NCBI RefSeq assembly: GCF_009914755.1
Contig: NC_060934.1
DNA length: 64,000 bases
DNA from: the human T2T-CHM13v2.0 reference genome, Homo sapiens
Reading direction: 5' to 3' (one strand)
Positions within the stretch are counted from its first letter, which is position 1, and each line of letters opens with the position of its first letter. This document shows, piece by piece, positions 44,686-60,060 of this stretch. Under the pieces are notes generated by a model. It saw nothing but the letters and a program-made list of their open reading frames with translations. It was not told where the DNA came from and did no database searches. Made by a program: the position numbers and the translations under genes.

Positions 44686-45917
44686 TTAGGAATTCACCTG
44701 ACCACCAGAGTGACTTTCTGCAGCTAAAGAAAAAGGAAATGACAAGAAGAATCATGAAGAATACTTTGTCCCTAAGTTTATGACTCAGAGGAAAAACTAC
44801 AGGGCTCTTGTTCCCAGATCTCAACACCAGAGCATGAGACAGGTCCTCGATTGCAGAAGACAAAGTGAGGAGTAACAATCTGAAAGATTCAGGATAACTC
44901 GATTTTAACAAATGAATGAAACTGGAAGAAGGGGAAACTGACGACCTGCTGAATGTTAATATTTGAGTCAGTGCAAGGTATCACGAGAGGTAGGGATCAG
45001 CTCATCTCTAGGTCTTCTGTCTGCAAGAAAGCAGGCAAAGGGAGGATGCTTCCAACTTACAGATTGTCTAGTGCAGCTTAAACTGAGGGACAGCCTTTCT
45101 TCTTTATTTTTGTATAGGATAGCCTCTTTTTCAAGATTGCCTTAGATGTATTCTTTGCACAAATGTTGGGATGATCCCATAACTTCTCCGGGGAAGTCAA
45201 TGCTAGCTAGGGTGGCTACATTCACCACTCAGATTAAGGAAAGAGTCACCTGGCAAGTAAAATGACCGAAATGAAGAAATGTTTGGGGCAGCAACAGGCC
45301 TGGTGATTCAGCTGGGCTGGCCAGAGAGCAAATTCCAAGGGGTAGGATAGGAGGGGAAGCAGTCCAGCAACCTGAGGTAAGGGCCAAATTCAGGAAGATT
45401 AGTGATAACGCAAGGCAAAGGTAAACACGCTAGACCTGGAAGATGAGGGCTTCATAGAGCAGGGCTCAGGAACTTTAAGCCTGGACACTTGGGGAGCAAG
45501 AGGTAAGGACTTTGACCCTAAGATCCTGAGGTTAGGTCCCAGTAATAAAACTCAGCACCAGCTGACAGAAAGGACAATGACAAAGGGTGTACCCTTCAAG
45601 GGTAGGAGGAGTCCTACAGGCTTTGTGAGATATGGCACACAGTCAGTGCTGTGTAAATGTTAAAAGGGTGAATGAAGTCACTAGGCTGGGCTGTACGATG
45701 GCAGCAATCAGACTGTTTTTCATCCTTAAGCTCTAAAACTACTGGTTCTTCTGGAACTGGCAAAATTTTCAGTAAGATGCTTTAGTTCCCCAAAACAGAT
45801 AATTGAGATAGTTTTTGTTTTGTTTTTGCCCAACCTGCTTCTATTCCCCTGGAGATAGCATTGCAGTTTTCTTTGGGGGACTGCGCCTCCTCTGCCTTCA
45901 AACCATGCAGCTCAGGT

Positions 45918-46497
<580 letters not shown>

Positions 46498-46990
46498 CAA
46501 CCATGCTCTCCTATCTAGGAGTGGGCAAGTGGCTTGGCTAATTAGCATATTCCATTCCTCTATACACTGTGATTAGTTCGGGGATGGGCACATGATCTAC
46601 GTTGTTCCAATGGAAGTTAATTCTGAGACTTTTGCTAGAACTACTGAGAAGGGGCCAGTTTTTCTCTGCTGAGGTTGCCGAGCTATACAATGTAGAATGT
46701 AAACCCAGGGTTGGCAGGAGTCACTGCATGGAGCTGGCCTGGCAGCAGATGGAACCAACTCAGAAAAAAGCATAGCTCGGGAAGTAGGGGATAGATTGAA
46801 AGACAATAATTCTGGTGACATAATTTGAGTTTCTGGTACCAGCTGTGCCTGAAGAGAGGCCTACCACTGGTCTTCTCTATGACTATTGCTTAAGCCAGCC
46901 TGAATTGGGTTTCCATTACTAACAACTTGGTGTCCTGAAATGATAAACAATGGAGACTGTATGATAAGTAACTGCTTTCCCATCTTGTCA

Positions 46991-47333
<343 letters not shown>

Positions 47334-47819
47334 CTAATACTTATGTAGTGATTTCTGTTGCCAGATATTGTTCTAAGTACTGGGGATACAGCTATAAACA
47401 GAAGTCCTTGCCCTCAAAGAGCTTACATTCCAGCAGGAGGAGACAATTGTTAAAGTAGTCAACAATAAATACATACGAAAAGTTTAGGTATAAATAAGAG
47501 CTATTAAGAAGATTAAATAGGAGCGAGCCACCTGCTCTCAGACAGGGCCCATCTCTCAGAGGGGGCAACATTTGAATTGCGGTCATAATGACAAGATACA
47601 AAGAAGCGGCCATTCAAAGACTGGGGCAAGAATGCCCTGAGGAGAATGAATAGCCGGTGCCAAGGCTCTAAGACAGGAACAAGACTGGCCTGTTCAAGAG
47701 ACTAAAAAAAGGCACATGTGGCTGGAATGTCTCGAGTAAGGAGACCAGTAGAGAGAGGAAGATGGGGCAGAGAGGTAAGCTGAGGCAGTCCCCTCAATTT
47801 TGTGAGAATTTGAATTTTA

Positions 47820-48188
<369 letters not shown>

Positions 48189-48513
48189 CTAGATGTGGGT
48201 TGAAGGTTGGACTTAAGGAAGGCAAGAGGGACATAAGGAGGACCTATTAGGAGATAATGCAGTAGTCCAGGCAAGAGATGATGGAGGGGCCCCAGGCCAG
48301 GGTTGGAGCAGTGGAGATGGAAATAGAGAAAGGGGGTTGCATTCAGGATACATTTTGGAGGCTTAGTCAATAGAATGTACTGTGGGTTAAAGGGAGGTGT
48401 GAGGAAAAGATGATTTAAGCCTGATGACTAAGTTTTAGCCTGAGCAGCCAGGTGAATGATGGTGCCATTTACAAAAATGAGAAAGTCAAGGCGGGGTGTG
48501 ATGGAATCCATAT

Positions 48514-48857
48514 TGTTGGGAGAAAAGCTGAGTCGTTGGGAGAGAAGCTGAGGTGGAGCTTACATGTCTGCTAGACTTGCTGGCTCCTTGCTTCTAGCAC
48601 TCCCATTGTCTCAAGTAGCCATATGTTTCTCATTCACTTGATACACCATTTCGTTTCAACCCCCACATCCTCACCACCTGTTTCTTTGATCACCAACAAA
48701 TAGCGAGGGCTCCCAAAGCTCAGGGCCTTCCCAGCCTCCACACTCGCGATGGCCCCCTGGTCCCACTTTCTCTCTCAAACTGTCTTTTTCTCATTCTTTT
48801 GACTCTGCTGGATTTCGTCGCCCCCATGACCTGGTGTTGAGTCTGATCACCCCAACA
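48514..48857 (+). mobile_element. Solo ERVK-class LTR (LTR14A-like), 344 bp
   Basis: TGTTGGG...CCCAACA inverted termini; TSD catat at 48509-48513 and 48858-48862. Subfamily assigned by recognition. Confidence 0.8.
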
Positions 48858-48949
48858 CATATTGCTGCCTCAGCTATGCAAGACATCCAAGTGTAGATGT
48901 CAAATGGGCAAAGGGATAGAACATTCCTGGAGTTCCTTTTTTCTTTTTC

Positions 48950-50835
48950 TTGCTTAAACAACAAATTTATTTTCTCACAGTTCTGGAGACTAGAAACCTA
49001 AGTCCGAGATCACAGTGTCAGCAGGGCTGCTTTCTTCTGAGGGCTCTCTCCTGGGCTTAGAGATGCCCATCTTCTCTCTGTGTATTTGCATGGTCTTCTG
49101 TCTGTTTGTGTCTGCATCCTAATCTCTTCTTTGTATAAGCAAGAGGTGACAGCGTGCTGGCAGCCCTTGCAGCCCTCGCTCGCTCTTGGCACCTCCTCGG
49201 CCTCGGCGCCCACTCTGTCCACACTTGAGGAGTCCTTCAGCCCTCTGCTGCACTGTGGGAGCCCCTTTCTGGGCTGGCCGAGGCCGGAGCTGGCTCCCTC
49301 AGCTTGCGGGGAGGTGTGGAGGGAGAGGCGTGGGCGGAACCGTGGAACCGGGGCTGCTCATGGCGCTTGTGGGCCAGCACGAGTTCCGGGTGGGCGTGGG
49401 CTCGGCGGCCCCGCACCCGGAGTGGCCAGCTGGCCCCACCGGCCCCAGGCAGTGAGGGGCTTAGCACCCGGATGAGCAGCTGTGGAGGGTGTGCCGGGTC
49501 CCCCAGCAGTGCCAGCCCAGCAGCGCTACACTGGCTTTCTCGCTGGGCCTTAGCTGCCTCCCCACAGGGCAGGGCTCAGGACCTGCAGCCCGCCATGCCT
49601 GAGCCTCCCCTGCCCTGCCCCCTGCTGTGGGTTCCTGTGCCGCCTGAGCCTCCCCGACGAGCGCCGCCCCCTGCTCCACGGTGCCCAGTCCCATCGACTG
49701 CCCAAGGGCTGAGGAGTGCGGACGCAAGGCGTGGGACTGGCAGGCAGCTCCACCTGCGGCCCCAGTGCGGGATCCACTGGGTGAAGCCAGCTGGGCTCCT
49801 GAGTCTTGTGGGGACTTGGAGAACTTTTAAGTCTAGCTGGGGGATTGTATATGCACCAATCAGCACCCTGTGTCTAGTCGGGGTTTGTAAATGCACCAAT
49901 CAGCACTCTGTGTCTAGCTCAAGGTTTGTAAACACACCAATCAGCACCCTGTGTCTAGCTCAAGGTTTGTAAATGCACCAATCAGTGCTTTGTGTCTAGC
50001 TGATCTGGTGGGGACTTGGAGAACCTTTATGTCTAGCTAATGGATTGTGAATGCACCAATCAGCACTCTGTGTCTAGCTCAGGGTTTGTAAATGCACCAA
50101 TCAGCACCCTGTGTCTAGCTCAGGGTTTGTGAATGCACCAATCAGTGCTCTGTGTCTAGCTAATCTAGTGGGGACTTGGAGAACTTTTGTGTCTAGTTCA
50201 GGGACTGTAAATGCACCAATCAGTTCCCTGTCAAAACGGACCAATCAGCTCTCTGTAAAACAGACCAATCAGCTCTCTGTAAAATGGACCAATCAGCGGA
50301 ATGTGGGTGGGGCCAGATAAGGGAATAAAAGCAGGCTGCCGGAGCCGGCAGTGGCAACCCGTTCAGATCTGTTTTCATGCTGTGGAAGCTTTGTTCTTTT
50401 GCTCTTTGCAATAAATCTTCCTGTTGCTCACTCTTTGGATTCACACTGCCTTTATGAGCTGTAACACTCACGATGAAGGTCTGAAGCTTCACTCCTGAAG
50501 CCAGCAAGACCACGAACCCACCGGGAGGAATGAACAACTCCAGATGTGCCGCCTTAAGAGCTGTAACACTCACCGTGAAGGTCTGCAGCTTCACTCCTGA
50601 AGCGAGCGAGACCACGAACCCACCAGAAGGGAAAAACTCCGAACACATCCGAACATCAGAAGGAACAAACTCCGGACATGCCACGTTTAAGAACCGTAAC
50701 ACTCACCGCGAGGGTCCACGGCTTCATTCTTGAAGTCAGTGAGACCAAGAACCCGCCAATTCTGGACACATAAGGAAGCCAATCCTATTTGATTAGGGCC
50801 CCCCCATATGATTTCATTTAACCCTAATTACTTGT
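48950..50835 (-). mobile_element. MLT1 (ERVL-MaLR) LTR split by the LTR12 insertion
   Basis: gcttaaacaacaaatttattttctcacagttctggag...ctaatctcttctttgtataag | gaagccaatcctatttgattagggccc...catttaaccctaattac. Confidence 0.75.
49140..50770 (+). mobile_element. Solo LTR12 (HERV9; LTR12C-like)
   Basis: agaggtgacagcgtgctggcag start; GC-rich U3; ~41-bp gcaccaatcagc repeats; ctgtaacactcaccg U5 repeats; ends ggacaCA; TSD taag at 49136-49139 and 50771-50774. Confidence 0.95.
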
Positions 50836-50854
50836 TTCTAAGAAATCATCAATT

Positions 50855-51448
<594 letters not shown>

Positions 51449-51449
51449 T

Positions 51450-51705
51450 AAATTAACATGTAATTATACATATTTATGGAGTACATAGTGATGTTTTGAT
51501 ACATATGATGTATAGTGCTCAGCTCAGGATGATTAGCATATTCATCATGTCAAACATGTATCATTTCTCCATGTTAGGAACATTCAATATCCTCCTAGCT
51601 ATTTGAAACTATGTATTATTAACTTTAGTCATACTCCAGTAGTATGGACCACTAGAACTAATTCCTCTTGTTTAGCTGTAATTTTGTATCCCTTAACAAA
51701 TGGGA
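51450..51705 (-). mobile_element. L1MA-like 3' end
   Basis: tatttatggagtacatagtgatgttttgatacat...ccactagaactaattcctc. Confidence 0.7.
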
Positions 51706-52418
51706 CATGTTTTCTTAATATACCATTTAACACACTCTATGAAAGAACAAGTTTCATTTTTCAGCTTTAAATACATGAGCTTTACATAAAATAGCTCTTA
51801 ATTCAAAAAACATTGGCCAAACCAAACTAATCTACTGCGTTAGAAGTCAGGATCAGGAGGAGGAGAGAGTGTGTAGTGATGGGAAGGGAAATATCAGGAG
51901 CTTCTGGGGTGCTAGAGATGTTCTGTTCCTTTCACCTGGGTAGTGGTTACATGGCCCACTTAAAGATAATTAAGCTGTACACTCACGATATGTATACTTT
52001 TCTGTATGTATTCCTCAATTAAAATTTTTTTTAAAAAAATAACAAAGGAATCAGGAGGCCTGTGCTTCAGTTCCAGTACTAAAGGTAACTAGCTGTGTGA
52101 TCACAGGCAAGTTACTTAACCTCTCTGGACCTCAAGTTTTCTCACCTGTCAGTGGAGAGGATTGAACCAGATGCTCACCAAGATCCCGTCCACCCAACAT
52201 GGTTCCACAGGCAGCTTCCTCCATTTGAGATCAGGCACTTGTGCTGCTGGAGTCAGCCTGAAGCCCTCTCTGACCTTCACCAAGGAGGAGCTGGTCCTTT
52301 TTCATGTTCTTCCTTTCAGAAACTAACAGTTGTGGCTGATGTCTCTGTGGTACCACTTGTTACTAACAAGGCAGCTGTGAAGTTAATGATAGTGCAAATA
52401 AAAAGCTGCTGGTAATTA

Positions 52419-52901
<483 letters not shown>

Positions 52902-52904
52902 TTA

Positions 52905-53243
<339 letters not shown>

Positions 53244-53599
53244 TCATAGGGGAAGATGGAGGCTTTTAATTTTTTACAAAAGGTTTCTGTAAGTGAGGGA
53301 GAAGCTTCATAATAATGACCTGTGATTTGTACCTACTGCTGACTTACTAACTAACCTCTGACTCTGGCAATGACCACATCCTCATTTCCTCCTTTTAGAA
53401 GGTAACCAAAAACACTTCTAGGAAGTCTGGGGTTATTGAGCCATAGTCCTATCTCTAAGACCTAGATAGTCTATAAAGCAAAATAAATGAAGCAACAAAA
53501 TTTTTTCCTTGTACTTCTGTTGTTCACTGTTCAAATATCTACATTTAACCAAGCAGATATTCTAATATGGCTGTGTTTATTTACGACTGTCTTCTGAAG

Positions 53600-53830
53600 A
53601 CTGCCTGGATCTGTTTTAACCCGGTAACCCTGGGCAAGTTACTTACCCTTCCTGAGCCTTATTTCTTCATCTGTAAAAGGAGATAGTGACAGTACCCACC
53701 TCAACGTTTGTGTGTGTGCACGCATGTGTGTGTGCACAGACATGCATGTGAATTAGGTGACATAGCCCATAGAAAATGCTTTGCACAATGCCTGGCATGT
53801 AACAGGCTCTCAAAAAATATGAACTATTTT
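53600..53830 (+). mobile_element. MIR with internal (TG)-rich tract
   Basis: ctgggcaagttacttacccttcctgagccttatttcttcatctgtaaaa MIR core. Similar cores occur at ~33190, ~52060 and ~55680. Confidence 0.75.
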
Positions 53831-55993
53831 TACCCTTGGGTAGAAGTGGTTCTTACACCTGTGGGGAAGGGACTGGGCAACGTTAGGCAGCAGAAAGTAG
53901 GTCTGGCTGTTTTCCTTTTGTGTGGCCTTGAGAACTCCTGCATATAAGGGCTCTTGTCCATCCTGGCTCTCACAGGACCCCCAGCAGGGCTTTTAGACTT
54001 CTCTGGGTTTATCAGTTTTCAGTCCCTGCTTGTCGCGCTTTTGGAACTACAAATAGCCTCGGAGAGAGGGCGTCAGATGTTTTGAATCTCCCCCTGCTAA
54101 TGGATGGGACCACACCCCCTGCTGCCACAGCTGGTAACACAGGCCTTTAGGATAATGGAAGGCATTTGGGGATCTATTTTTCTCTTACTGTGCAGAGCAT
54201 TACTCACCTCACTCCTCTGTGTTACAAGGAAGGCGAAGGAGAAAAGCACAATAAGCTGCCAAGGATGAGTCAAATTTCAATAGAGTGTCTTTGCTCAGAG
54301 GCAGCAACTGCCAACTGCCATTTCTTATGCATTCCTGAGATTCACATTGCAAAATAAATCCTGAACTCCTGCCCCTTTCTTCTTTTTTTCCCCAGGGAAG
54401 GGCAACAAATGGAGCTGCATTTTGACTGCACTCTTTCTAGGTTGGAGAAGCAGGGAAAGTGATACTCCGGGAGCTGGTGTGTCTAAGGCCTCTGTGAGTC
54501 TGCATGGTCAACACAGCTGGCTCTGCCTTTGCGCTCAGCTTCTCCTGAGGCATCAACCTGCATCTAAGCTCTTCTGCCTCCTTTCCGGGAATGGCCACGG
54601 TCTATGGTTTCTCAATTGACTCGAGATTCAGGAGAGTATGGAGAACTTCTCTTTCCCTGACCAGTGGTATACTGCTGTGGCCCTTGTAGCAGGGGAACAG
54701 CCTAACTGCTACAACATTCATTTCAGCCAAGAGATCAGTCCACTCCCACATGGGAGCAGGTGCCTTCACCCATGACCCTGACCTTCTTATAAAGCTTTCA
54801 TTCAGGATGGCATGAGGTCTTTCCTCAGAAGGTGTCAAGAGAGAGAAATGCTAAAGGAAGAGATGCAATCAGTTTTATGATCATTAGGTGTTTAAGCTAT
54901 AGGGCTTATCTTATAACACATTGTATCTGTGGTACAAAGCAATGGATGTATCAGAAGGGAAAGGATGAGGTTACGTTCAGAGTGTAGGGCAGGAAAAGAG
55001 AACACACAACATTATTGAATTAACTAGACTCTGTCTTGCATGAGGCATATTTTGAGCATCTCCATAGGCCATAGGAAACAACATTGCAGAAAACATTAAT
55101 TTTAACTGAATGTTCGTACTTGAGGCTGGTGGTTCCCAAACTTGGCTGAGCCTGAGAGTCACAGGGAGCCTCTGATGATACAAGTTCTCGGTTCTGTGTA
55201 AGGGAATTCTGATTCCCTGGGTCTTGGGTGGAAATATTCATTTTAGAAGTTCCCCAGGTTGTTCAGATGACCAGTCAGGTTTGGGAACTACTAAGGTGGG
55301 CCACATTTTGAAAGGACATGGTCCCATATCATCTACCATCAACAAGTCAGCTTTTAAACTTTTTATTGTGAAATAATGCACAGATACAGAAAAGCTTATA
55401 AAATAGAAATGTGGCTCAGCTCAGTGATTTAGTTCAAAGAAAATGCCGAACTGTCCACCTCCCCCTTGAGAAGTAGAACATTGCCAACAGATGTATTTCC
55501 TGGCAACTAAACGAAATCTTGAAATTGTCCTCATTTATAAACCGTTGGAGCGATTTGACTTCTCTAGTACCTGGATTTCAAGCCTTGGGTTTTGTGTGTA
55601 TCTCTGATACTCTCAGACTTTGCTTTGACTTAAGGAGCTGAGTTTTTTATCCTTTATAATCTTGCACTTGGAACTCATAATTAACCAGGAGTCAGAAAAT
55701 CTCTCTTCAAATCTTAACTCCTCCACTTGCATGCAGTGTGATTGTGGGCAAGTTACTTAACATTTCTGGTTCTTAGGTTCCTCGTCTATTAAATAATGAG
55801 AATAACAATATGCACCCGATAGGAGTTTGTGACCATTAAATTTTTTGAACAAAATAATGCCTTACAACCGTAGAACACTTTTCTATCAGATCCCATTTTC
55901 ATTTTGCTATTCTCCAAAATGACTCTTCCCAGCAATTATTCCCTGTCTCCCTTGCATCTGGGCCCTGTGCCAGAACCTGTGTCATTTCTGTAC

Positions 55994-56317
55994 TGCTATG
56001 GTTTGAATGTGTTCCCAAAGTTCATGTGTTGGAAACTTAATCCTCAATGCCACAGTGTTGAGAAGTGGAGCCTAATAAGAGGTGATTGAATTAATGTCAT
56101 CATTATAGGCTTGTTATAAAAGCAAGTTTGGCCCCTTCTTGCTCTATTACTTTTCCACCTTCTGCATGAGATGATATAGCAACAAGGACCTCACCAGATG
56201 CCAGCCCCTTGACCTTGGACTTCCCAGCCTCCAGAACTAGAAGAAATAAATCTCTGTTCTTTATAAATTATCCAGTCTCAGGAATTCTGTTACAGGAGCA
56301 CAACATGTACTAAGACA
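55994..56317 (+). mobile_element. MaLR LTR (MST/MLT1A-like)
   Basis: TGctatggtttgaatgtg...ttggacttcccagcctccagaact...actaagaCA. Confidence 0.8.
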
Positions 56318-57317
56318 ATTCATTGCTGCCTTACCTCTTACTTTAAAAGGAAGCAAGCAAACAAAAAAAAAATCTTCCTTGACCCCACATCTTTCTCCTG
56401 CCATCGCCTTATCATTCTGCTTCCTTTCACAGCTAAAATTTTGTAGTTACTGTCTATGTTCTCTCCTCTATCCTCTGCAGCTGGGGCTTCTGTCTCTGTT
56501 CACCCACTGAGATGACACTTGTCAGATCGCAGTCATATCTGTGTTGCCCAAGTCCAGTGACTACTGCTCTATTCTGGACTCAGTTGGCCTTTCAGCAACA
56601 TTTGACAGAGGGAACTGCAAATACAAAGGCCCTGATGGGGGACAGGTTTGGTGGATTGAAGAAACAGAAAAAAAAAATGCTGGTTTGGTTGGAGCACAGA
56701 GCTGAGAAGGCAGTGGTCGGTGAGGGCCAAATCACATGACGGCACCTTGTCAACTGGAGTGAAGCTTCAGACCAGCTCTGGCACAAGCAGGTGCTCAGTG
56801 TTAGCTATCACCATTGTTACTAAGAGCTTAACAGTGCCAAGTGTGAGAGAGGTGGGAAGGAGGCTGTCAGGGAAAGGAAGAGAAAATCTCAGCCCTTGAA
56901 GAGCTTTCCATCTAGTTGAGGGTTTAGACTGTACCCGTGACATAGGTTACTGGGCAAGAGAGCCTGTGAGCCAATTTCTTGGTGGCCAATTTGTTGTCAT
57001 TGCCCTCCCCTGCCCCATTCACTTTCTTGGTGAATTGCATTGCATCCAGTGATTGTCTCTGGATAATTAAGATTTTTTTTTCAACCTGAAAGGAGGCAAA
57101 AGTGGGCTGTGAGCCCCAGTAAAGAAAGAGGCAATTAAGAAGTAGCAACCATGAGATCAGAGTGTGGGTTGAGGACAGAAACTAAACCTGGTGTCCTCTC
57201 TCTTTTTCCAGATTACTCAAGATAATCCCCTCCAAATAAATAATAATAGCTGGTCACTGCTGTCTCATTTGTACTAAAGCTGCAAACCACACAAAAGAAG
57301 TCAGACTGCAGAAGTAG

Positions 57318-57971
<654 letters not shown>

Positions 57972-58037
57972 AGGCAGGTGTGTTTTAATCCTCCTGCTGT
58001 CTTTGCCACACATCCCTACTACAGGCCCATTTGCAGG

Positions 58038-58270
58038 CACACACTCAGCAGACCCACACACTCAACGCACACATTCAATACATATGCACACTTAATACAC
58101 ACTCAATAATATAAACACTCAACACCGGAACAATTAATACACACACACACACACACTCAGCACACATGCTAAACATACACACACCCACCAGAAACACAAC
58201 ACAACTCAGTACACATGTACACACACACTCAACCCACACGGTCAGCACCCACACATTCAGCACTCACAGA
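58038..58270. repeat. Degenerate (CA)-rich low-complexity tract
   Basis: cacacact/acacac repeats. Confidence 0.85.
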
Positions 58271-59419
58271 CATTCATGCACAGTCCGAGCATTCATGATA
58301 CTGATGGACTGTGAGTTATTTTCCATTTCTTTGCCTGTATTGCCCAGCAAGCTGAAAGTTGAACAGCATGGAACACTGAAGTGAGTCAGGAAAGATTCAC
58401 CATCTTCAATTATAATTTTCTGCCACTTATCTGCCAGATCACAGTCTGGTGAGATCAAGAAAAATGAGCAGGTAATTTTTACAAAGAAAGACACTACTGG
58501 CATAGCATGCTCACTTTTTCTATACATGTGTCTCTCTGACACTATCTCTCTATGTCTGTCTCTATCTTTGATTATGGAAAAGCTGGCCCAGAAGAGCGTC
58601 CCATTTAGAAATGAGCTAGACAAAAAGTTAAAACGTACTGTGACTTTTAAAGGAGACCTGTTTGAAATAGGCCATCCTGAGTTAACTCCCAAAGCTTGAA
58701 AGGTTAGAGAATAATACTCCAGATACCATCTGGGCAAATTAACAACGCTGGATGATGCGAAACCAAAACTTTAATGAAGAATTCCATGAATAAGTAGAAT
58801 AGATGATCTCGCCCTATCTAAAATTAATTTGCTTTCATTTCCAAACTCTGACGCTAGCAGAGTTCTTCCTCAAAATGACGAACCTGTAGAGCATTCTGGG
58901 CAATAGCATGCAAATGAGTAAGATCGCTGTGTTCCCTGCTTGGATTCTGGCAGACCACTTCATATGGCAAGAAATATGCTAGGGTAGAGCTTATTCCAAT
59001 CTTAATCTGGTTGTTTTCAGATTTTCTGTTTGAGGACATTTTGTCATTATCCTAGTTTTCTAGTGTTCCTCTTTTTAATGTCTGGTAGCTCAATTGTCTT
59101 TTCTTTCATGCCTCTTTTCCAGCATTTCAGGCCAGTTTGATACCTTTATTCTCTCCATTTTAGATTCTAAAGCATCCATTGAGTGTCTAAATGTATCTGG
59201 CGTTATACAGGTGCTTTGTGTAAAGAAAACCTAGTAGAGTATTAAAAGCCAAAGTCGCCGAAAAGGATGCAGCAAATTTTCCTTGACAATTGTCTTAGCA
59301 CTTAAAAAAATTTTCAATGTATTTTATAATCTTATTTTATCTTAGAACATATTGGTCTGCCACTAATGGAAATAAAACAAAAAACTGGTCCATCACCCAT
59401 AGGTGAAATAGATAACATT

Positions 59420-60060
59420 AAAATTAAGAAATGCTAGCAATGAAAAGACATACAAGGATGAAAAAGCAAGTCATAAAATGGGAGAAAATTTTCCAACACA
59501 TTCATTGTCAAAGGAGTTATAAGAATTAATTCAAACAAAAATGGGCCAAAAAAAAAAAAAACAAAAAACCCGTGGAGAGACACTTTACATCAGGAAATCC
59601 CAAGGCTCAAGGAACAGGTGAGTAGTGTCCTACCTGACTTTCACCAGTTAAATGAATATTAAAACCACAACGAAAGCCACAGAGCAACCAGAGCAACAAA
59701 AACTAAAACATCTCACAATCCCAGGTGTCAGTGAGGATGCTGAGCAGCAGGAACACCCGAACACTCTGTTGGGAAGTAAAACCATCAAAGCCCTTCAGGG
59801 CACTCTTTGGTAGTATCCACCAAAGCTGAACGTGAGAAGCCGAACTTGTGAGCAGCAGTTCCACTGCTAATCCTCATCCTAGGAACCAACAGCAGTGTGT
59901 GCACAAACCCCGTAGTGGGGATGGGCGCATTCATGCTTGGGCACCAAGCAGGGTTTGTGATGGCTGCAAAATGGAAACAAGCAAAATGTCCACCCAAGCT
60001 CACTGGATAAATGAAAGCTGTTGTATTCACACTTTGGAATAGTAAACAGCAGTAAAGATC
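59420..60060 (+). mobile_element. Old L1ME-like fragment
   Basis: aaaagcaagtcataaaatgggagaaaattttcc...attaaaaccacaacga...gtgaggatgctgagcagcaggaac. Confidence 0.55.

Noticed and set aside
49850-50295. Regular ~41-bp repeat array resembling CRISPR
   Set aside because: These are LTR12 U3 CCAAT repeats; there are no unique spacers or cas genes, and the DNA is eukaryotic.
49080-50733. Cluster of 67-222 aa ORFs
   Set aside because: All derive from the GC-rich LTR12 and its tandem repeats.
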